From the NCBI GenBank assembly GCA_046563655.1, contig CM102289.1:3162001-3226000 (forward strand): 64,000 bases of DNA. Reading direction: 5' to 3'. The translations under genes and the position numbers were made by a program. Each line of letters begins with the position of its first letter. The first letter of the stretch is position 1. The notes beneath the pieces were generated by a model. It worked only from the letters and a program-made list of their open reading frames with translations. It did not search any database and was not told the DNA's origin. Shown here piece after piece: positions 13,847-24,563 of the stretch. Source of the stretch: Yuukianura sp. NJ FZ-2021. Its lineage: Eukaryota.

Positions 13847-15786
13847 TCAATTTCGTTTTTTAGTTGTTGTTACTTTTGCTTTTGGTCGAGGACAAATACA
13901 ACTCCAAACAAACTGACATGACAGCTTCAATATTTTCGTTACTATCCAAACCACTGTAACCAGCACTGCAAAAATTAAGCCAATCACATCCAAGGAGTGG
14001 TATTGGAAGAAGTTGAGTTCACGGGCAGCAGAACGAAGATGCAGCGCCCCTAGACATAAAAACAAGTTTTTGCGTTAAAGTCCAATTTTATATTAATTTA
14101 CACTGTTGCTAAAATAACTTGGCAAAATTTGACTTCACAAAACTTACCATTGTGTCTTATGACATATTCGACCCAGTATACAGCTCTGTCCAGTGGATGA
14201 TTTGGTTGATCACGGAAAGCGTTAGAAATTGCTGACGATTGAGTTTTGTACCTTAGTTTCAGAAAAAACGTTTAAATGCTGACAATAGGTTTAAATAATA
14301 CAAGTGTTAGAGAAAATATGAGCAACAAATTACTAATAGTACATTGGCAAAATTGTGATTACTTTGATTCAGTCAAAATTTTGTTGATTGCTTCCAAGAG
14401 AGTTTCTTCCGTAAAAGTGTTGAAATCCAAAATGACTCCAAATCCCAAATTGTTTGCTTGACGCATGTTGATTTCTTGGTCAGCGAACATCGGAAGGCCA
14501 ACAATCGGAACACCATGGTACACCGCTTCCGTTGTACTTCCAAATCCACCATGAGTGATAAACGCCCTGCGAAAACCGAAAAGGTCATTGACCTTTACAT
14601 TTTGAAAGCAAAGATCATTGACCTCACTTGATTTTGGGGTGACCCAGAACATCCTGTTGTGGAACCCACTTGCTTAGTTTCACATTTGGCGGCAAATCAT
14701 CCATCTCCTCAGTTTCCCACTTCCAAAGCACTTTCTGCTTCAATTTCGAAAAAACATTGACCAAAACTTTTCTTCTTCCTTCCGGCATTGTGTGTGCTTT
14801 TAGTAAACTTCCCATACTAAACAGAATGAAACCATCATCTCCTGAAGTGGAAACGAAATCTTCTAAATCCTAAAAAGATTTCCAATGTTTTCATAAAATA
14901 GCTATTTACAAATTCGATGTTTATGAAATATGAAATGTTATTACAATGTTAGTAGTACCTTAGGAAGTGGTCCAGCAGAATGACAATGCATTCCACCCAC
15001 TTCCACAATGTCCGGCAGAAATGGACGGATCGTTGCAATGCTAAAATGGCTATTGGACAAAATGAGGCTCGTATTTTTTAAAAGTTCAACAACGCCCGGA
15101 GTGCTTTCTCCGAGTTTCTGTCGGTACGCAGACTCCAAGGCTGGAATCAATATCCAATGTAGGATGACCCTCCAGTAACCTTCAGAAACAAAGTTCACAA
15201 TTCGTTCGTAAAAAGTCATGTGATCAGTAAAACCCGCCATAACATTTGGAACAAACGACGGCGGAGATGGATTTCCATACATTGCTGAAACGGCCGGCGG
15301 TACGCTGAGCGGACTGATTAAAACCACGTTTGTTTTGAATGTTGAAACAAATGCAAGAGCGCATTCGTTCATAATTGCTGGCACCAACACGAGGTCAAAA
15401 TTTTGTGACCTCAGAGCTTGAACGTCTGGTAAATCCAAAGTGTCCAGACAGAGTTTCACTAAATGTGGAACGAGGTCTGTGAAACTCATTTGCTTGTTTT
15501 GTTCCTTGTATTTAAACATGTTTGGCATTCCAGCCGTGACCTGTTCCACATCGAAGGTCAAAATTTCCTTGAGATTTTTCACTGCCTTTTTTGCTGGTAT
15601 CGGAGACACAACGGTGACATTGTGACCCCTGCCTGCAAGAGCCTCAAGCAGGGGATCGTAGGTGATTTTGTGACTTCGGGAAGACATGAACGAAATTGAC
15701 AAAATTTTGGAACCGGACGCATCTTTTGAAATGGAAAAAGTGAGTATGGCACAGGCTACAAGTAAAAACTTCCTTAACGAACACAT
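13847..15786 (-). CDS. UDP-glycosyltransferase (arthropod UGT2-like, ER-anchored), intact, 5 exons: 15786-14959, 14869-14628, 14566-14363, 14251-14148, 14049-13847
   Basis: Signal peptide, SH motif and RGHNVTVVSP. UGT signature [44 protein letters not shown]. C-terminal part has AVYWVEYVIRH, a TM helix and a KKRN ER-retrieval tail. All introns are GT-AG with consistent phase. Confidence 0.95.
14582..14624. promoter_or_regulatory. Paired IR-1 nuclear-receptor-type palindromes in UGT intron 2
   Basis: AGGTCAtTGACCT at 14582-14594 and AGATCAtTGACCT at 14612-14624. Confidence 0.45.
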
Positions 15787-15930
15787 TTCCGTCGTTAGAT
15801 TTTGTACCTTTAATGACTACAACAAAAATTGTACTGATGAGATGAACACTTACGTTTTTAAAACAATCAGTGAAATATTATCACTTTAGCAAACAACCAA
15901 GGAGTTTGGTGAAAAACCTAACGTTTAATA

Positions 15931-16230
15931 CTATTTATCTTTCATATCAATTGAAAACACTTGAAAGATCCTGCTCATGTGGTGCTCTTGTTTGGTGTTT
16001 TTCTTTCCAGTGGAACCAACACGTCTGGGGTTGAACAATATTTCCACATCAAATGTCAAACTTTTCTTGAGATTTTTCACTGCCACTGCCTTTTTGCTGG
16101 TATTGGAGACACAACGGTGACATTGTAACCCTTCCCTGCTAGAGCTCGGGCAGTGTGTCATAGGTGATTTTGTGGCTTCGGGAAGACATAAGCGAAATTG
16201 GTAAAAAGTTTTGAAGCGAAAACATTTTTT
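15931..16230 (-). pseudogene. Degraded 5' fragment of a UGT exon 1
   Basis: Clear nucleotide similarity to 15540-15720 (e.g. gagacacaacggtgacattg, ggtgattttgtg..ttcgggaagacat, KNLKKSLTFDVE), with indels and no downstream exons. Confidence 0.8.
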
Positions 16231-16458
16231 TGAAATGCACAGTGTTGCGAAATGTGTAGAAATGACCCAAAATTAATTAATTATTAAGTGTACAAATATT
16301 AAGTGTATACAAATATAAAGAAATATTAAGAATACAAAATTATATTAAGGCGATTGAAAATCGTAATTTTCCAGGAATTTACAGACCCTACAATGAGTAA
16401 AACATGACAGTGGAGACAAAATCTGTCACTTCTTCTAAGCACTCAAAGAAATTACTAA

Positions 16459-17760
16459 CTAAATGGATTCTTCCGAGGAAAATATTTCATCTGACCCTGA
16501 ACTATCAGATGATGAATGCGCGATAGAAGGCGGCGTTTCATCCGACGGCGTTTCATCTGGAAGGTGTGCATTAGAAACATCCGGCACCACGTGATCTCCT
16601 TCCGGATTTGGCTCCGGTGGTAAATCTTGAATCAATTGTGCTCCAGCCCCTCCAGCGACGTCGTCAGCAACACGTTCTACGGTGGCGTCCAGCCAGTACC
16701 CTTCTACAAACTGGAAATTAGAAAAAGAAGAAACCTTAACTTTTTACAAAAACAATTGGTTTCACTTATATTCAAACGTATATTTCGAATTTTGATGCCC
16801 TCAGCATATTGTGATGATGCTCAAACCGTGTAATTTCCTTTCCGCTAAGAATTTCATATGCCCCTACTAGGTGATGAACATGCAATCTAAAACCGTTGAA
16901 AATTACAGAAACAAATTATATTCCTGCCTCACTACCTAAGAACAATGACGCTACGAAATGGACTACTGTTTGTAGAGTTACTGGATGCTTTCCTATTTCA
17001 CGTATTAACTCCATTCAGTTAAAAAAACTACACTCCATTAGTATACTCCATGATGCAAAATCAGTAATAATTAGTACTTGAATCGGTAATAAAATATAAA
17101 GTTGAATATCGGTTAGGTAACCGTCACATACCCGCAAGTACCCCTTCAGAACAAATTCATCCAGTGTTATTGCGAATTTATCGTAACCTGACAATAAAAG
17201 GACAGCATTTGATACTGAACTTATGAAGATTTTAATGTTTAGAGAAAATTACTAATGGGCTGCAGCAACATCTCAATGGTTAAGGGTTCATCTTCGAGAA
17301 TACGTAACACCATCGTGTTTTGCTCCTTGAGGGGGTCAATTGTTCCACATGAGCCTAGTCCAAATGTATACTTCACAAATTCTGCAAATTATTAACAAAA
17401 AACCTTTAGAAACGAATAATTTTTTCTTTCTGTAAATATTGAGTTTAATTTTAGTGTGCTACCTTGATCCAATGGCGGCGTCCCACAGATTTCGACTTGA
17501 ATACGACGTTCATTCTTGTTTTCATACAAACGCCAGTTGGCTTCATGAACAATCGAATGATTGTCCAGAACTGGTAAATTGGACTTCAGAGTAAACGGGA
17601 GCGGACCTACACAGTTAAGTTCATACCCGTCACCCACTGCAATCGTTCTTACCGAAGCGAAATCAACGATTAGTTTAACAAGACCACAAAATATATGAAT
17701 CGGTGATGCGTACGATTGCCTTTTGACTTGATGACTGTTGCCAGGAGATACTTTCCTATT
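16459..17760 (-). pseudogene. Putative multi-exon gene or pseudogene of unknown function
   Basis: Exon-like segments with AG/GT borders at about 17760-17463 (open, ~99 codons), 17381-17253, 17187-17132 and 16710-16459 (84 codons, acidic P/S/D-rich tail ending SSEESI*). The middle exons contain stops or frameshifts. No family recognised. Confidence 0.35.
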
Positions 17761-18095
17761 CTAAACCTCGAAAACGAAGGACAGTCTAAATTACTTTTCG
17801 AATTCGAGACTTGGAAGTTTTTGTTAACAAACAGGTAAAAACAGAAACAATGGGGATTAACTAAGACGGTTCTTTTTATGGTACAAAACCATTTCTACAA
17901 TCATGTTCTTTAATAGCTTGTCAAACTGTTCAAATACACTTCAAATCACAAAATACAGAAATATCTGTAACAAAAAAGAACATTGGACGCCGATATTGTA
18001 GTTGAGCTTCAAATTCAAAAATATGTAGAATTGTGCAGTTCTTACATTTGGGTTAAAAAAATTTTCCTTTACTGATTCTTGGTTTATAAATATAA

Positions 18096-19991
18096 CTAAC
18101 TTCGTTTCTTAGTCTGCATTACACTTGGTTTAGATTTAGGATAAATATAACCGGCAACAACTTTAAAAATTTTTGAAATAATGTACAGCACTGTAATCAG
18201 CGCTCCAGCGATCAGACCAAGGACGTCAAGGGAATGATACTGGAAGAAGTTCAGTTCCCGAGCGGCAGAGCGCAAGTGCTTCACCCCTATTAATAGAACA
18301 TGATTTTTTAGTTTAATATTTTGTTTTATATTATCTAATTTTAAACTTAATTATCCAACTCTATTGAGTTCATAGTTAAGGCTAACTTGGGTTGCTTACC
18401 ATTATGTCTGATCACATATTCAGACCAGTATACCGCTCTTTCTAAGGGATGATTTGGCTGGTCACGAAACGAATTCGAAATTGCAGTGGCTTGTTCCTTG
18501 TACCTTTGAACAAACAAAATCAAAAAATTGGTCAAAACTTTAAATTTAAAAAGAATACAGCGTACTCAGCATTGTTTAAGATTTTGTTGACAGCTTCCAG
18601 GAGAGTTTCTTCCGTGAATGTATTAAAATCCAGAATAATTCCCAATCCTAAATTTTTTGCCTGCTCCATGTTTTTTACTTGGTCACCAAACATCGGAAGG
18701 CCAACAATTGGAACACCATGGTATACTGCTTCCGTTGTACTCCCAAATCCACCATGAGTAATAAACGCCCTATAAAAACATAAGAGGTCATTGACCTCGG
18801 TACTACTGGTTGGAAAGGTCATTGACCTCACCTGATTTTGGGGTGACCCAGCACATCCTGCTGTGGAACCCACTTGCTCAGTTTCACATTTGGCGGTAAA
18901 TCATCCATCTCCTCCGTTTCCCACTTCCAAAGCACTTTCTGCTTCAATTTCGAAAAAACATTGACCAACGCTTTTCTTCGTCCTTCTGACATTGTGTGAC
19001 CTTTGAGCAGAGAACCCATGCTGAAGAAAATGAATCCATCATCTCCAGAACTGGATACAAAATCTTCCAATTCCTGAAAAACACAGGTTTTGCAAATTTT
19101 TCAGAAAATTCACTCATATTGAAACTTATTTTGGAAATTCGAAAATTCAAACTGACCTTGGGTAGTGGTACTGCTGGGTGACAGTGCATTCCACCTACTT
19201 CCACAATGTCCGGCAGAAATGGGCGGATGGTCGCTATGCTAAAATGGCTGTTTGACAGTATGAGGCTCGTGTCTTTCATAATTTCATATACGCCCGGTGT
19301 ATCCTGTCCCAGTTTCTCTTTATATGCTGCTTCAATAGCAGGGACAAGAAAGTATTGGCCAATCGCTCCATACATAACTTCCGTACCAAAGTTAACAATT
19401 CTTTGGTAAAAGTCCATTTTATCCGTGTAGTCCGACATCATATTTGGCACAAATGAAGGTGGATTGGGATTTCCATAGCGACTGGCAACAAACGATGGTA
19501 CGCTGAGCGGACTGATCAGAATAATGTTTGTTTTGAGCGTCGACGCAAAGCCCAGAGCACACTCGTTCATAACGGCAGGAACAAAAATGAGGTCAAACTT
19601 TTTTGACTTTAGAGCTTGAACTTGCGGTAAATCCAAACTTTCTTTGCAAATTTTGACCTGTCCCGGTATAATATCAAATAAGGTTAAACTGCTTATTCTT
19701 TTCCTTCATTTCCATCATGTTGGGCATATGGGCTGTGAGTTCATCAACGTCGAAAGTCAATATTTCTGTAATGTTCTTCACTACTTTCTTTACAGGTATT
19801 GGTGACACGACGGTGACCTGGTGACCTCGGGCTGCAAGGGCCTCCAGAAGTGGTTCGTACGTGATTTTGTGACTGCGCGTAGACATGAACGAGAGCGAGA
19901 GAATTTTAGCCCCGGAGGCATTTTGTGGCCAAATCGTGCCAAAAATGACACAAAATAGAACCACGCCGTTCTTTGTAACGAACGTCGTCAT
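18096..19991 (-). CDS. UDP-glycosyltransferase paralog, 5 exons (19991-19157, 19073-18832, 18769-18566, 18503-18400, 18286-18096), with one +1 frameshift near 19682 (pseudogene or assembly error)
   Basis: Same exon structure and UGT signature ([21 protein letters not shown]...MFGDQ) as the neighbour, with a KKRS tail. Removing one base at AACCTTA restores KQFNLFDIIPGQVKIC, which is colinear with the paralog's KQMSFTDLVPHLVKLC. Confidence 0.85.
18784..18828. promoter_or_regulatory. Paired perfect IR-1 palindromes in intron 2 of the second UGT
   Basis: AGGTCAtTGACCT at 18785-18797 and again at 18816-18828. Confidence 0.45.
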
Positions 19992-20506
19992 TTTCGGCTT
20001 CTATGTTCTAGTTATTCAAAATGCTTGAACAAAGTTTTTCAAACGTACCCTCACTTTTTAAAAATGAAAAGTGAGGAGAAAAACATTTCAACTTCTACTT
20101 TTAATTTAGATTAGCTGACGAATCTGTCATGTGGTGAATTCTTATCGCTTTGTTCAAACAATAGAATCACGTTATCCGTTATCAAGTTTCTCACGGTACT
20201 CAGGACGTTTAATTTTGTGAAATTTGAAAGAAACTTTGAACAGAATCTAGTCATGTGCAACTTTAAAAGGATCAACATTTTTCTGGATGCTAGTGGACGC
20301 ATGTGACCTTGAGCGATATAATCATTGAATGATACTCAACGTTTCGTCTGATCCATCCTAAGTTGTTAAAATCGCACCACGTTTAATACTAAAATCCTGG
20401 ATTAATAGAGATGTAACAAAAAAACAGCATTTCAAAAGATTCAATTTTCAAAACCTAAGCGTTATAGAGAAAATAATGCTTGTTTGAAACTAACATTTAT
20501 AAAAAT

Positions 20507-23500
20507 CTAAAGTCCCTCGACAAGTATGCCTCTGGGGGCAGTTGACGGAACGGCTCCATGCTTTCGCTCGTTGTGAACTCGAAGTTGGCGTGCAGAGGCA
20601 TACGGTTTATTGCAAGGAACGCATATATGTGGGTATTCAATCACGTGCGAGCGCATGTGTTGTCTGAGCCTCCGTGCAAGTTTGAATGCTTTTCCACAAG
20701 TTTGACATTGAAATGGGGTTTCCGTTCGATGAACCGTAGCGACATGCTCTGCCAGGTCATTTCGAAAACCAGTCTTGTAGTCACACTCTGTACAGCAAAA
20801 TGCTGCCTCGGAGTGCAACTTCCTGTGGGCATTTAAAATCCCTCCTCGCCTAAAACATTTAAAAACGTTCACATCTTTAACCACGGGAGAATATTTTCAA
20901 AAAAAAAGTTTCAGAAAACAAAACTCACGTGAAAAATCTCCCACAAATGTCGCATTTGATGGGTTCAATTCCAAGTTCCTTCCAGTGCTGGCCTCTCTCG
21001 TGGTCTTCCAGTTCGGACCGTAACAAGAAACCGGAAGGACAGCAACCACAGAAAAATTTGTATTCTCCCTGTATGCGAAATAAGGTAACGTTTAGTTTAA
21101 GTTGCAAAAAGTGAAATGACATAAACAACAACCGAAGAATACAAACTCGCCAATTTGAAGCGACATTCTCCCATGACTTAACTCACCGTGTGTCGCCTAA
21201 GGTGAAGTTTGAGGTAGGATTCAATCTTAAACGTTTTCGGACAAAACGAACATAAAAATGTAGCAGGAGCCCCAGAATGACGAATATGAATGTGATTTTT
21301 ATAAGACGATCGACTGGCGAAGACTTTTCCGCAGTGTTCGCACTTGTGATTTCTAATCATCTTTTCCTTGTGTGACTGAACTTGATGATGTCGCAAGGAA
21401 ACGTAAGTATGATATACTCTGAAGCACTTGTCGCAACTGTATTCCGCAACTAAAATCATCAGAATTTTAGTGAGAATTGCAATTACTTGTTACGCTTTTT
21501 GTTCTTCAGTAATGTTTTCTTACCTTTGGGACTGGTCGTTTGTTGCCCAAGCGCACTAGCAGTCTCATTTTTCTCCTGCTCCTCTGCATCTTGAATTTCT
21601 TTATCCACATCTAGTGAATTTTTCGATGAGTCATCCCCAACTTGAACGTCCATGGACGTTTCTTCTGAAGTCGAAAAGTTGACAAACGTATCTCCAATGT
21701 GTAATTGAAGATGCTGCCGCAAGCTGGTACGTGAATTGAAATCTTTCGAGGCACAATTTTCCATAGGACATTTAGCTGGATACGACTCGATGTTGTCCAA
21801 CATTTGTAGCATATTAAAATGCTTTTCATCTGGTCTCCCTGCTTTCTCCTGCACATTATCATAATGAACTGTCTTGATGTGTAGACGAAGGTCATACTCT
21901 CGGCCAAAGTAGGTTTCATCCTCACAACCTTCAATGAAACATTTTGCGGGAAATGTCAGTTCTTGTAAACTTCGATAATGGGCTTGGAGTTCATGAAATA
22001 ATTTGTTCTGCTTGTCAAAGTTGAATAAATTCCGAGACGTTCTGACTTTATAGTGAACATCACGAATATGGCGCTTGTACATTTCCTTGTTTCCGAACGG
22101 TCTTGTAGAACGATAATGGCAAGATTCAGCATAACAGTATGCAGGGTAATCCAAGTAGTGTGCAGCATAAAGTTCACGTCGCATTTCCGCTGGTTGTTCT
22201 TCTTGATGCATTTTCGTGACATGGAGGTGCTGCCGAACGTGTCCTTGAAGAGCGCGAAGGGTATCGTATGTTTCGTTCAACCAACAGTCGTCCAACGGAC
22301 ATTGACTTGGGAGGGTTCGACTGTGCAGTGAAGTCATGACATCAATTTCAACTTGAGTGACATGTCCGGGTGGTTTTTTAGGCGGATTCGGGTCCAGATC
22401 CCAATGCATCCGATTGATGTGGGTGCGGAGATAATCTCGATTTTCAAATGTTCTTGAAGAAAAACAGTTTTCCAGTGGACATTTAGTGGGGTATGATACT
22501 GTGTTGGACTTGTCAAAAAGTGTCATAAGTACCGATGTGCTTCCTCTCTTTTTTTCAGATCGTACTTTTCTCCTCGGTTTTCGTATGGTACAGCGTGCGC
22601 TAGGAACTTTTACAACTCTACGACTGTGAGTGCGACGCTGCTGCCGTTTGACGGTGACAATTCGAATTCCTCGGTCATCACTGTGGCACTGCTCCCTCAC
22701 TCGATGTAATTTCAAGTGACGTCGCAGTAATACATCAGTCCAGAACGTCTCTCCGCACTCGGCATTTACGCACTTGAGGGGAATCACTCTTGGTCCTAAG
22801 CTTACTGTACACGTCTTCAATTTGTAGCCTCCAGTCGCAGGCTTTTTTTCATTAGAATCTTCGACCGTGTGTTTCTGAATCCTTGCACTAGACCGTTTAG
22901 CTTGACGATCACGACTGTGTGTCGCTTCACTAACTAATAGCGATGAGGAGGATGAAGAGGTAGGAACCATAAACTTCTTCGCATTTTCTTCTAGAGGCAG
23001 AGGGGCAAATGTAAATAACGTTTGAAACCCAATTCTTTCTGAGTTTTTTACTTGGAAGAAATTCTCATTCCAATATTCTTACCCTGATTCACTGCAATCG
23101 GATCGGAAAGTGGAAATTGTACATCGTCATCTTCAAACTGAAAAAAATCTTCGTCAGGGAAAGACGAAGGAGCCGGCTCTGGAATTTCATGAGGCGGTCG
23201 TACCCCGTCATCAGCAGTTGTGGCGAGATTAAAAATCAGTCCTATTAAAAATTCATAACATTTGGCACTTCATTGCTTCTGCTTTGAACTGGGAATGAAC
23301 AGTGAACTTCAATAGACCCTTACGTTGAACTAAGTCCGATCTAACTTTGTCGATATAATCCGAACTGCTGCGGTTGGAAATGCTTGCATAGTAGGAGGAA
23401 AGTATCTGTGCCTGGACTTCAACTTGAGCCTGACGAAGAGTGCGTTGTAGTCTATTCAGCGCATCGAATGATTCCTTTGCTCGTAGAACCTGCATCAACG

Positions 23501-23792
23501 GCATTATAAAATTATACAAAGTTAGGATCTGATGTATCACCCTTCAAATAAAAACTCGTAATTCAATGTTTACCTTATTGTAACAAGTGGAACAGAAGAC
23601 ATACAGAGAAGGGACGAGTGATATTACACTTGCGATGTCCAGGTCATTCTGACCTTCCGGATGTAAAGTATTCTTCAACAATTTTGCAAAGAAAACAATT
23701 TGCTCCTGCTGATGTAGTGCAAAGGAAACACCAGTGTTAGCACATAGTATACAAGTAGACCCAGCCGTTGTCGTCGTATTTCCCGGCATCAT
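20507..23792 (-). CDS. C2H2 zinc-finger protein with an N-terminal ZAD-like CxxC...CxxC domain; 7 exons: 23792-23574, 23489-23324, 23241-23083, 22990-21524, 21449-21187, 21068-20929, 20849-20507
   Basis: CILC...FCSTCYNKV in exon 1. Many C2H2 fingers (CEHCGKVF..H..H, CSFCPKTF..H..HTGE, CQTCGKAF..H..H). GT-AG introns join in frame. Confidence 0.88.
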
Positions 23793-24563
23793 CCCAAGTG
23801 ACCTGTGTCCGGTTCGGTAGGGTCAGGGCGAGGGCACTGACCTCCCGCTCTCTCCGTCTCCTTTGAATAAAATAATATTCATCAGCTTATAATTGCTTAG
23901 GAAAAGAAGTTAGTATTTATCCCTACCTACCTTCCTACTATTTATCACCTACCAATCGTTAACAGAATTCAAATTGAAGAACTCATCGTAGATGCTACTA
24001 CTGATCCCGATTTGTAAAATGATCAACAAAGCAATTTCTCTATCGATCAATGAACCAAGGAAAGGTTGCAGGTTTGTGATCATGATCATAGCTCGGCACT
24101 TTTGCTCCACTCCCGTTCATACAATCCCCGAGCTTGTTGAGGTAAGGTTTACCAACCGTCATTGTAGCCGTACAATGTAGCCACTTGGGCTTCAATGGGT
24201 GAGTGGCTACACTACCACTACGCGGCCACTTTTGTTGCGGCTTGTTAAGTTTCATAAAAACATTTGATAAAAATATGCTTTTTGATAAAAAAAAAACAAC
24301 GGAAAACGACAAACAAATTATTTTTGTAAAAAATGATTTTGGGTTTCGTTTTATTGTACTCAACGCTTTGATGGTTTTACAGGTTAAGTGGGAAAATATT
24401 AGTTAGCATATTGTAAACTTAAGTATCAATTTCTAAAACTTTACGTTACACAAAAGTTAAACGAAAATTACGTTAAAAATGTCATCATCAGGGAAGTTAC
24501 ACCTTAAAAACATTGAAATTAAAAAAGTTACGCTAGTGTTACTTAATATTACTTATCGTTTCC

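Noticed and set aside
23800..24560. Possible detached thioesterase exon downstream of the synthase (ORFs 24040-24363 etc.)
   Set aside because: No GxSxG or hydrolase-like sequence in the frames read, and too little space. More likely UTR or promoter of the zinc-finger gene.
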